From Oligoflexia bacterium (GTDB taxonomy: Bacteria > Bdellovibrionota > UBA1018), in the NCBI GenBank assembly GCA_963758495.1, contig CAVWVI010000005.1, forward strand, positions 96,894 to 160,893: 64,000 nt of DNA. Reading direction: 5' to 3'. Shown piece after piece: positions 1 through 9,500 of the stretch. A model generated the notes under the pieces. It saw nothing but the letters and a program-made list of their open reading frames with translations. It ran no database searches and had not been told where the DNA came from. Position 1 is the first letter of the stretch, and every line of letters starts with the position of its first letter. Both the position numbers and the translations under genes were made by a program.

Positions 1-642
1 GTAAACTGTAAGTGTCGCTTGAACATAGGGGTTAATTACATAAGCGATTTGATGAAAAATGGTAATTTCGCCTCTTAATGATTCCACTAAATTTAATACA
101 TGAGCGAAAGCCAAAAACGATTCATCAGAGAAATCCGTTGGAAAGAGGACATGTCTAAAATCAGTTACTGATTTCCAATGAGGATTGACAATAAAGAGGG
201 GAACATCAGAGTAAAGCATGAGATTTTCAACAAAACTTCCTGTAAACCACCTTTGTACTCCTGTTCTTGCATGCGTGCTCGCAACAATGAGTTCAGCCCC
301 TGTCTCTTTCGCGTAGTCAATGAGCGCATCTGCAATTTCCTTCTGATTCCTGTAAGGCTTTGCAAGGACTTTTACAGGCAATAAAGTTTTTAATTGAATA
401 TGAGAAACTATTTCATCTAACTTTTCCTGAACCGTAGTGCAAGTTTGAGCCACTATTTCTGGAGGTAGCGAGATGGGAATGCCGAGCGGAGATAGATTGA
501 GTAAGTAAATAGGTTCAATGGGCGTTTCGCCTGCTTCAGTTAAAAGCTGCACGGCCAAAGCAGCTGATGCCTGAAGCTTGTTCTCTTCACTCAATGGATC
601 AACCGCCCAAAGAATTTTTTTCCACACCTTATTTTCTTCCAT
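1..642 (-). CDS. Universal stress protein (tandem USP domains), runs off the window start
   Basis: Not in the ORF track because it has no stop in the window. Manual translation from ATG 642: MEENKVWKKILWAVDP...AELIVASTHARTGVQRWFTGSFVENLMLYSDVPLFIV...RHVLFPTDFSDES; these are typical USP motifs and the second domain begins. Confidence 0.85.
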   Translation of the reverse strand, partial: MEENKVWKKILWAVDPLSEENKLQASAALAVQLLTEAGETPIEPIYLLNLSPLGIPISLPPEIVAQTCTTVQEKLDEIVSHIQLKTLLPVKVLAKPYRNQKEIADALIDYAKETGAELIVASTHARTGVQRWFTGSFVENLMLYSDVPLFIVNPHWKSVTDFRHVLFPTDFSDESFLAFAHVLNLVESLRGEITIFHQIAYVINPYVQATLTVY

Positions 643-681
643 AAGGATTTAGCAACTTGCACAGGCTATTCCTTTGGCTGT

Positions 682-1365
682 TTATGCGGCTTCCTCCTTT
701 GGCGAAAGAGCCCAAGAGGCAGCACTGACTCCTCTTTCAAGGCTCAGTCGATTAACAACCTGCTCTAGGATGGAATTGCTGCGGCGGGTGCTATCGACGT
801 CAGCAGTAACTGCCACTTTTTTTGATCCGTTTAAATCTTCACTATTGAGCGATTGGAGAACCAAAGAAGAAGTGCTTACCGCTTGCAAAATTAAAAATCG
901 CACTTGGGTTTCTTCCTCTTCACGACACACTATTCGAATTCGGTAGCGAAATTCCTGTTCATTGGATTCATTTGATTTTTGATTGATCCGTTGTGCAACA
1001 GGTCTCAAGAAAAAATGAGTACCCAGCACTACCAAAGCTCCAAAAATGGAATCAAAGTAGAATCCAAATCCAGCAAGTGATCCTATGGCGGCAGAGCACC
1101 AAAGAGTGGCTGCCGTATTCAATCCGCGAATAGCAGCGCCATCTTTCATAATCACGCCTGCGCCTAAAAATCCTACTCCTGAAACAATGTAAGCAGCGAT
1201 TCGGGTGTCATCCCCTCCCGTTGGAAGTCTCTGAGAAAGCAGTACAAAAAGTGCAGCACCGGCGGAAACAAGTGCATTGGTCCTCAGTCCCGCTATTCTT
1301 TGACGCCACTGGCGTTCAATACCAATGAGAGATCCTAGAAGAACTGCCAAAATAAGGTTGGACAT
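682..1365 (-). CDS. mgtC: MgtC/SapB family membrane protein with C-terminal ACT-like domain
   Basis: LIGIERQWRQRIAGLRTNALV, RIAAYIVSGVGFLGAGVI and GLNTAATLWCSAAIG motifs. Confidence 0.93.
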   Translation of the reverse strand: MSNLILAVLLGSLIGIERQWRQRIAGLRTNALVSAGAALFVLLSQRLPTGGDDTRIAAYIVSGVGFLGAGVIMKDGAAIRGLNTAATLWCSAAIGSLAGFGFYFDSIFGALVVLGTHFFLRPVAQRINQKSNESNEQEFRYRIRIVCREEEETQVRFLILQAVSTSSLVLQSLNSEDLNGSKKVAVTADVDSTRRSNSILEQVVNRLSLERGVSAASWALSPKEEAA

Positions 1366-1586
1366 AAATTGTAGTTCAGTGATTTTTACTACCCCATGCG
1401 ATTATCCTCATTAAATATCCCTATGCTTTTTGTACGCTTGTCTTGTTTTGTGTCAAGGAAGAAGTGGTTTTCAACAGGACTTTCGAACAAGAATCTAATG
1501 CGCGTTGCTTTTTAGTTTTGAACTAGAGTTTTCATGTTACTGGCCTGAGGAGCCGTGAGTGACCGGTTATATCAGTAACGAGAAAT

Positions 1587-1958
1587 CTAAGCGGCAGCCT
1601 TTTTTGAACCGATGAGGTTATGAATGTTTTCCAGAAGGAATTCAAGGTGGAATGGTTTTGTTATAAAAGCATTCCATTTATACTCAGCCTGCCTGAACTT
1701 TGGTCGGGAAGCGCTCATTAAAACCACTGGAATAGAACTATATATTGGCTGGCTTTTCATTATTTTTAAAACTTCATAGCCATCAATATAGGGAATCATA
1801 ACGTCGAGAAGTACAAGATTTGGCTTGACCTCGTAAAGAGAACTGAGACAAGCTTTCCCATCTCCAGCAATGAACACCCGATAACCTTCATCTTCCAGGA
1901 GCACTTTGAGAGCTTCAGTGAGGTCGCGCTCGTCATCGACGATAAGAATCGTTTTCAT
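1587..1958 (-). CDS. Single-domain response regulator (REC)
   Basis: ILIVDDE, LLDVMIP (phosphoacceptor Asp), MSA and KPF motifs. Confidence 0.93.
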   Translation of the reverse strand: MKTILIVDDERDLTEALKVLLEDEGYRVFIAGDGKACLSSLYEVKPNLVLLDVMIPYIDGYEVLKIMKSQPIYSSIPVVLMSASRPKFRQAEYKWNAFITKPFHLEFLLENIHNLIGSKKAAA

Positions 1959-1961
1959 GGC

Positions 1962-3482
1962 TCACACGCTCCCAAGTTTTCGCACCTTAGCTTCCTTGAT
2001 GGCTCCGCTGGCTTCTCCCAAGAGCAGCGATTCAGCACTCTCAAATGGACCTGCAACGACAATTCCCGCTTTGGAAACTTTAAATTCACGAATGTAGGGA
2101 TCATAGTCACTGTCTCGCATCTTCATGACTGAGATGAGGCGATGAATGCAAGAATGAAGTTCGACATATTTTAGCAGAATGATATTTTCAATAACACTCG
2201 TTACCTCTGGATTTGAAATGTCGATTTCCCGTTTAAAAAGTGGCAGCTCCGAAGAAATGAGCGTGGTCACGTCATTCATTCTCAATTGGTTTGTAAATGC
2301 GGAAATAAAACGAGGCATTCGATCTGGATAGACGGCAGCCTGTCGAAAAGCCTCGACTCCGTCAATAAAGAGCCTTTTTTTTGGATATTTCTCTGCTCGA
2401 ATTTTTTCAAGGACTTGTTCGGCCAATGAGTCCATAAAATGCTCTAATGGGGCCTGCCAACAAACTTCAATGAGTCCTTCGTTTATATATTTTTTAAGGG
2501 AAATGCCCACCGCCTCCGCTTTTTCTATCAATCTGTGCGGTGTCTCATAAAATCCAAAATAGCTTCCATGTTGACCTTGCTTAGCTCCCTCCACCAAAAA
2601 AGAGAGACCCAAGAGTGTTTTTCCGGTCCCTGGTGCTCCTAAAAGTGTGGTGGTAGAACTCGAGAAAACTCCACCATGAAGCATCTCATCCAGTTTTGTA
2701 ATCCCAAATTTCATTTGAATACGATCTTCAATGGAACTGTCGGGTGGTTCCGCATATTGAATTTCCGTTCTTGGATGAATCACCATTCCTTTTTTACTAA
2801 TTTCCACTTCGTGTTTTCCAAGTAGGTAGTCCGTTCCTCTAAATTTATGAACGATGAGTTCACGCACGGCTCGGGGTCCAACCAGTTGATTAGAGAGTTC
2901 GATGATGCCTTCGAGAAGAGGGTACTCCCAGTTAGAAGCCCAAACATTACTCGATGTACTCAGAAGCAAGGTGGTACAACCCAGAATATTCATGGATGCT
3001 TGAAGATCATGGATGAACTTCTTATAGTCTTGATCGGAGGTTGTTTTTTCAACTGAATTCTCCACCCCATCAATTACGAGAAAATTTGCTTGGTGATCCT
3101 GCACAGTCTTTCGAACGAGAGTAAGAAGCCCGCTCATACCTTCTTTTTCGAGTGTATTGTAGCCACTCATGTAAAATATTTTGTCAGGGATGTATTCCGG
3201 ATTAAAAAAGCTCAAAGTCTTGAGATGCGTGAGCATTCGTGCGTGGGATTCGGCGAGAAGGGTCATGTAGACACATCTACCTTGTTTCAAGAAAATATGA
3301 TTGAAGCAGGTTTGATTTCCAAAAATGGTTTTTCCACTACCCGGTACACCCACAATGCCGTATACACCCCCTGAGAGAAACCCACCTTTTAGAATGTAAT
3401 CGAGGCGGGGAATGCCGCTCGCGATGCGTTTTGAGCCATAGCTGGCACTTTGTTCTTGATTATCCTGATCACCCTCAATCAT
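1962..3482 (-). CDS. KaiC-like / RAD55-family tandem RecA-type ATPase
   Basis: Two P-loops (GVPGSGKT, GAPGTGKT), SGIPRLDYILKGG and FGITKLDEMLHGG, KFRG/KMR arginine fingers. An AGGAGG RBS supports the ATG at 3482. Confidence 0.88.
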   Translation of the reverse strand: MIEGDQDNQEQSASYGSKRIASGIPRLDYILKGGFLSGGVYGIVGVPGSGKTIFGNQTCFNHIFLKQGRCVYMTLLAESHARMLTHLKTLSFFNPEYIPDKIFYMSGYNTLEKEGMSGLLTLVRKTVQDHQANFLVIDGVENSVEKTTSDQDYKKFIHDLQASMNILGCTTLLLSTSSNVWASNWEYPLLEGIIELSNQLVGPRAVRELIVHKFRGTDYLLGKHEVEISKKGMVIHPRTEIQYAEPPDSSIEDRIQMKFGITKLDEMLHGGVFSSSTTTLLGAPGTGKTLLGLSFLVEGAKQGQHGSYFGFYETPHRLIEKAEAVGISLKKYINEGLIEVCWQAPLEHFMDSLAEQVLEKIRAEKYPKKRLFIDGVEAFRQAAVYPDRMPRFISAFTNQLRMNDVTTLISSELPLFKREIDISNPEVTSVIENIILLKYVELHSCIHRLISVMKMRDSDYDPYIREFKVSKAGIVVAGPFESAESLLLGEASGAIKEAKVRKLGSV

Positions 3483-3678
3483 TTTTCCTCCTGGCAGCTT
3501 TTGGAACCACAATAATAGATCAAGAATCTAGGTGTTACACTTGCCATGCCAAGAGACAGATAATTATCTATTGTGTGGGCAACTGCCGCCCGTCCTGGCG
3601 CGAAAAGGCGTTGCCCCCAAACCCCTAGAGGGAGGTGGGATTTCGCCTTGTATTTTTACCGGGACCCTAAACAGGAGC

Positions 3679-4140
3679 TTATGCAGCTCGTTCTTTTTTC
3701 ACCCAAACTTCGTCCTTAATGCACTGTTCGATGAATTCGAGATGCCGTTTCTCATCATCTCGGTTGCTCTCTACAATATTCCGAATATGATTAGGTAGCT
3801 CCCAAGATAGTGCCTCACTGTACTTTTTGTTTGTCAGCATTTCATTTGTTTTCATGGCTTTGAGTGCACCTTCTGTCCCAGTCACGCTTCTCAATGCTGT
3901 AAATCCTTGGAGGAGGTATCCTTTCAAATCTGGAGAAAAAGTCGGGATTTGTTCGCCAAACTGTTGAACAAAAGGAGAAAGGTTGTTTACGTGTTTTTGG
4001 TGATCGTTTTTAAACTCGGCCAGACGGGTTTTAACCGTTGGAACGTCGGTTTTTTCGATCGCCTGCTCGTATGCATGGATTGCATCAATATCAAGCTGCA
4101 CTAAGTTTTTTAGTTTTTTTCCTAATTCAGAATTTTCCAT
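3679..4140 (-). CDS. Ferritin-like (DUF2383-type) protein
   Basis: LVQLDIDAIHAYEQAI...DHQKHV...NE...DEKRH four-helix diiron-like pattern; AAGGAG RBS before ATG 4140. Confidence 0.8.
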   Translation of the reverse strand: MENSELGKKLKNLVQLDIDAIHAYEQAIEKTDVPTVKTRLAEFKNDHQKHVNNLSPFVQQFGEQIPTFSPDLKGYLLQGFTALRSVTGTEGALKAMKTNEMLTNKKYSEALSWELPNHIRNIVESNRDDEKRHLEFIEQCIKDEVWVKKERAA

Positions 4141-4197
4141 TTGTCTCTCCTTAGAAGGTATGTTTTGTAATTTATATCGCAAATTCTGTGCCTCAAG

Positions 4198-5589
4198 TTA
4201 GCTTGGGGAGATTCTCACTGGCAGTCGACTTGCCGAAGCTAACACCAGCAATTGAATGAAGATTAATACTACGAAGGGTACAAGGAACTGCGTCCCCGAG
4301 ATGGGCCCGACGATGGGCCCAGGGATGGAGTGAGTAGCCATTGAAAGAGAAACTGTAAGGGCGATTACGGTTGTCGCAAGGGGGCCGCCGAGCCTTTGAA
4401 CAATATTGACTGCTGTTGTTGCAACACTGAGTTTGGCTTTTGGGATTGAAGAATACGCGGCTGCAATCGAGGGGATGCCGGTCGCACCTTGACCGGCACC
4501 GCGAGCGAGTAGGGAAGCCATCACCCAACCGGGCGACATCTGGTTTTGAGCCATGTACACGAAGGGAAGCGTTCCCAAGATGTTGAGAATTACTCCACCC
4601 GAGGACACGGCACGACATCCGAACGTATCTGTTAAAAATCCCATAAGAGGATACACACACATCATCCCGACTCCCATGGGTGCAAACATCCACCCCACTT
4701 GTTCTGCCGTCAGCCCACATCCAGTCGTCAAATAAAGGGGAATCAGAAACTGCCCCGCATACATAATTCCATTGGTGAGAAATTGGGTAATCGCTGCCGT
4801 GGAGAAAATTCGGTTTCTAAACAGTCCGAGATCAACTAATGCGGCCTCTTCCTTTCGATTCGCGTGCCCTATAAAAATACCGATCAGAATGATTCCTGAT
4901 AGAAGAAACCTCATTCCGTTACCCTGAGAGAACTCCTCAATCCCGTAAAGGAGACAAGCAAGCCCCGGAGAAAGCGTAAAGAAGCCTAAAAAATCAAAAG
5001 GGCGTCTTTGGAGGGTGGCTTCGTCGCTGGGTAGAAGGAAAGCAGCCAAAGTCACAGCCAAAATTCCAACCGGCAGATTGATATAAAAGAGCCACGGCCA
5101 ACTAGCGTATTTTAAAATTGCGCCCGCTACAAGCGGTCCCACGGTAGGAGCGATTAAAATAGGTACAGATGCGTAGCCAATGGCTCTTGCCATCTGGTTC
5201 CCTGCCGCCCTCGCTAACATCATCTGAGTCAAGGGAGCCAGCAATCCACCCGCCATTCCTTGAAGCACACGAAAACAGATCAGCTCATTCATCGTATGTG
5301 CAGCACCACAAAGAAGGGAGGTGAGTGTGAACGCGGAGAAACAGCCTAGATACAGTCGCTTTGCTCCCAGCCAATCTACGATCCAACTGTTGAGCGGCAA
5401 CATGAGAGCGAGTGCTAGCAAATAACCACTCATGATCCACTGCGCTGATGCGATCGAGGAATGAAGATCCTGGCGTATAGCAGAAAGCGAGACATTCACG
5501 ACTGTCGAGTCCAACTGAGTCATGAATGGCCCCAGCAATACAACAGCGATGACTCTCCAAACTTTCGGATCAAGGCCTTTGGATATCAA
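4198..5589 (-). CDS. DHA2 (EmrB/QacA) MFS efflux transporter
   Basis: MTQLDSTVVNVSL, FRVLQGMAGG, APTVGPLVAG and WPWLFYINLPVG motifs; many TM segments. Confidence 0.92.
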   Translation of the reverse strand: MISKGLDPKVWRVIAVVLLGPFMTQLDSTVVNVSLSAIRQDLHSSIASAQWIMSGYLLALALMLPLNSWIVDWLGAKRLYLGCFSAFTLTSLLCGAAHTMNELICFRVLQGMAGGLLAPLTQMMLARAAGNQMARAIGYASVPILIAPTVGPLVAGAILKYASWPWLFYINLPVGILAVTLAAFLLPSDEATLQRRPFDFLGFFTLSPGLACLLYGIEEFSQGNGMRFLLSGIILIGIFIGHANRKEEAALVDLGLFRNRIFSTAAITQFLTNGIMYAGQFLIPLYLTTGCGLTAEQVGWMFAPMGVGMMCVYPLMGFLTDTFGCRAVSSGGVILNILGTLPFVYMAQNQMSPGWVMASLLARGAGQGATGIPSIAAAYSSIPKAKLSVATTAVNIVQRLGGPLATTVIALTVSLSMATHSIPGPIVGPISGTQFLVPFVVLIFIQLLVLASASRLPVRISPS

Positions 5590-5835
5590 TATTTTACTCC
5601 GCAGCCGTAAGGGTGTGTGGACGGATGAGTCACTATTTGATGATCGTCCATACCCATTTGATTAGGAAGCACTTTATTTCGGAAAGGAGGGCGATCTTGC
5701 TCGTATCGCAAAGACAATCAAATATTTTCCTATTGAAAGGAGAACTACTTTTTGGTACATAACACAACGCGTTAAATACCTGCCTGCTTAGTTATTCTTC
5801 CTGTTGATTGACTTTTAACGCAACAGGAGAATGGT

Positions 5836-6543
5836 ATGAGAAAACAAGCATTAAGTCCCTTTTTATTGATCCTTTCACTTTTCATCAATCTGACGTCGGT
5901 TTTGGCTGATGATGGTCGCGTAGGGGACATTCAATATTCGATTTTATCCGAAAATCAGTTCCAGCAGCTTCACGGCAAAGAATGGGAACTCTTGCGTGGA
6001 CAGGAGGTTCCTTGGGACTCGGAACTGAGGAATTTCTGGACAGAAGCTCATCTTCCCGATGCTCGTGGAGTTTTTTTAAGATCTGCCAACCATGAGCGTC
6101 CTCGAGACGAGGGAAATCCTGACGGGAATTTGCCGATAGGAACTTATCGAGGAGATATCTTTAAGAGGCATGACCACTCCGGATGGACAGGAGAAGATAC
6201 TCCCGACCACACTCACGGTCATTCTCACCCGGGGGTGCACGGCAACGGGGGCTATGATAATGGAAGCAAAGCCGGTGCCCATTGGCATGGCGCTCAGACC
6301 CGGGGGGCTTCCAATCGGCATAAGCACTCAATCCCTCATGATGGTGGGGAAGAAACTCGCCCTAGAAACATCACCGTCAACGCTTTTATTAAAATAAAGG
6401 AAACACCCAAAGCAGCTCCCGCTCCCCGAGCTGAAGCACAGACTCAGTGGTCCCAAGAACAAATCACTCAACTCCTCAATATGCCTGAGTTTAAAAATGC
6501 TTTGGCTGATGCACTTCAAAACGCTCGAAGGAATAACAAGTAA
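5836..6543 (+). CDS. Secreted protein with phage tail-fibre/collar-like domain
   Basis: Signal peptide (..LTSVLA|DD); LPDARGVFLR...HxH repeats...GGEETRPRNITVNAFIKI are tail-fibre collar and tip motifs. Confidence 0.72.
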   Translation: MRKQALSPFLLILSLFINLTSVLADDGRVGDIQYSILSENQFQQLHGKEWELLRGQEVPWDSELRNFWTEAHLPDARGVFLRSANHERPRDEGNPDGNLPIGTYRGDIFKRHDHSGWTGEDTPDHTHGHSHPGVHGNGGYDNGSKAGAHWHGAQTRGASNRHKHSIPHDGGEETRPRNITVNAFIKIKETPKAAPAPRAEAQTQWSQEQITQLLNMPEFKNALADALQNARRNNK

Positions 6544-6557
6544 AAAGGGAGACTTCT

Positions 6558-9500
6558 ATGCTCTTCCCTAAAATGCAAAATCGTTGGACTGCCTCATCAA
6601 GACTTGCCCGGCTTCTCGTGATTGCCAACGTTGCCCATTTTGCACTCGTTGTTCAATCCGTGACTGTAAAGGCACAGGATTCTCAAGTCTTAGAGGTAGA
6701 AGTGAGTCAGAGGTCTGGATCGACTCAGAAATGGAATTTCCCCTGTAATAATGACGGAAGTGTATCCCAAACTGGAACTAGGCTCGATCAAAATAGCGAA
6801 GTTAAGGCTGTTTGGGATGAGTCCTGTAGCAAGGTCACTCTCCAGGGTCAGTCAGGTGAAATTGGGAAGAAGCAAAAAAAATCAGCTTCCCAAATTCAAA
6901 AATTAACGGTGAGATCTGCCCAAAGTGTCGAGCTTAAAGGAACTCTCGCGCTACCTTTAAACATTCAAGCTCCAGAGGTGACTATTGAAACCCATTGGTC
7001 AAGCCCAGAGCTGAATATCAGGGCTCTACCCAGTGGGGCACCCAACTCCGAGACTGGTAGTAAGAAATCCAAACAACAATCTGCAAGATCTTTCGTTCGT
7101 CCAGGAGCCGTCCTGAAAGTGGATCATTTGAGCTTGATCGATATGGATTTTGAAAACCAGGGCAGGATGGAGTCCTCAGATCAGCTTAGGATCACTCTTG
7201 CTCATGGAGCTTTTCATAATTCTGGTGAGATCGAAGTGGGTGGAGCCTTGCAGTTTGAGAGGAATGGCTCAGAAAGAGTCTCCCTCTTCCAATCTGGGGT
7301 CATCTCCGCTCAGTCAATCGAAATGGGCGACATTCTTGCTGCCATCAATATGTTTGAAAATACCGCTTCTGGAGTTCTCAAAGCCAATCGAATCTTTGGG
7401 GAATTCAAACAATTCATCAATGCGGGATGGCTAGAGAGTGCAGAAAAAATGACCCTCCTGGGAGTTGAGCTACAAAATCGAAACGGCACCATCGCTTCTG
7501 ATCAGGAATTGTATATCGATTTTATTGAAATCCAAAACGAAAATGGAAAAATCCATGGCTCAAAACAAACCACGATTCGAGTGGGTGAAAAATTAGAAAA
7601 CGCTTCAGGCCTAATTGGAAGCGATGGACCTACTGAACTTAATTTTTCAGCGCAAGGGACAGCCCCATCTCTGGGTAAGCTTGTAGGAAGTGAGATCTTA
7701 CTCACCCTACGTCACACCAGCCCCACTGAGCTTAAATCAGGAGAGCTTTTAGGTAAGGACAGTATCTCCATTTTTTCTGATGTAAAAATATCACTTCCTG
7801 GTGTTCAATTTCACTCGCCACTTCTGAATTTAGTAGCTCCCGATTTTGCTTTAGATCCCCTCACTCAATGTAGCACTACCGTCGTTCATTGTGATCCAAA
7901 ACGAAACCTTTGTCTGACTTCCGATTTGTCCAGCCAAGGTGAGATTCGTTTCTTGGAGTCCGATTATTGTCGTTATCAAAATTCTGATCAGAATGAAGTA
8001 GCCAGTGAATCTCAAGCTCTTGTATCCATGAATGCCGTTGCTCTGAAACCGCAGCTGATGATCAGTAAGCAGATGAATCACCTTGGGGAAGTCATTCAGG
8101 ATCTTCAAGTCCACTTTGAAAAGGATCGAGGCTACCTCAATCAGTATACGGTTTCCATCAATTCCCAGCTCATTTCTACTGGGGGAATTCACTTTTTGGT
8201 GCCTCACAGTCGGATCTTTGTCGGCTTAGAAGATCAGTCAAGGAATGTTGGAATTTTTGCCGACTCCCTACGAGCATTTACCGATCATTTTCTCATCAAA
8301 CGCGGCAATGTGAGTGCTGCGGATACTTATCTTGCAGCTCCAGGAGGGGTCACTGTAGGAGTTTTAGAGAAAGACTCCAATCAAAAGGTCAAAGCAGGAA
8401 ACAAAGAGGTCCCTCTTCTTCGTAGAGGAGATGCCTTTTTAGCAACGGCTGGCGACTGCTATCTCAAAGGCCCCTTAAGTTGCTCTGGAACAATGGAGGT
8501 GGGAGGCAACCTCATTTTGGATTCGGACAAGAAGCAATACGGCTTCTCTTCAGATATCCGAGTTAAAGGCAATCTCATTTTAAAAGGAGAAGGAGATCTG
8601 AGTCTGATTCGTCATCTTGGAAAGACTCAATATAATCAGAGCATCCCACTTGAATCTGACCACTATTCTGAGGAGGGGATTTTTGTCGTCGACGGACAGG
8701 TCATTGGAGCCAATCCAACTGGCATTCAGCTTTATTCATCGAAATTTTTTGCTGATGAAAGTCATTCCAAGGTCAAGTTCACGCCCGTAGATTCAGTAAA
8801 TGATAAGCCCATTGTGTTTCCAGGCGAGGCACAAGCTCAAGATTTTAAATCCGTACTGAGTACGAGAAAATCAGGATTTCTCCGCATAGAGGGACCTAAA
8901 ACCGAAAGCATCATCTCCACCGGCGAAGTATTTCTTTTGGAAGATGAGGGTCAGTTCTGTCTTGCTGTAAAGAACCCATTCTATCTCCCCCTTCGAAATC
9001 CACTTTACGATCTTGAGATTCAAGATTTCAGATCACCTAAGTACTATCGAAACACTCAGCTTGAAACCGAACTTTCCGTACAAAATTCGAATCGATTTGG
9101 TTTTGAACTGAGAGAGAGTGCTTTTTTTAACCCGGATCAAAGTGAAGCCTTCATGAAATCGATTGAGAAGGATATCATGATTCACGAAGCTGAAGTGGGA
9201 CTGACTCCGCTTCCTCATGGAAAGGCTGCTTTTAGTCTGAGTCCTGAACTTCTTTTATCACAGGTCCAAAAGGCTTGTCAGGACACACTTAAGCGCAGCT
9301 CAATTGACCCAAACCAGCCCATCAACATGGATTATTTAGTCAAGCTCCATCAAAACGCTACTCAATATTTAAGAGACACGGGTGTTTCATTAGGATCAAA
9401 AAAGCAGCCTGCTCGATCAGATGAGTTTCTAGCCCTGGCCGCGCAATCTCGCGAATCTGCTCCGGCAGCTCCTATGATCTTCTATCAATCTGTCACTCGT

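Noticed and set aside
1962-3482. Bona fide circadian KaiC clock
   Set aside because: No kaiA/kaiB nearby, and the canonical EE and ST phosphosite motifs are not conserved; treated as KaiC-like only.
3560-3670. GC-rich intergenic palindromic patch as an RNA gene
   Set aside because: No tRNA or known ncRNA features; single copy in the window, possibly a REP-like remnant.
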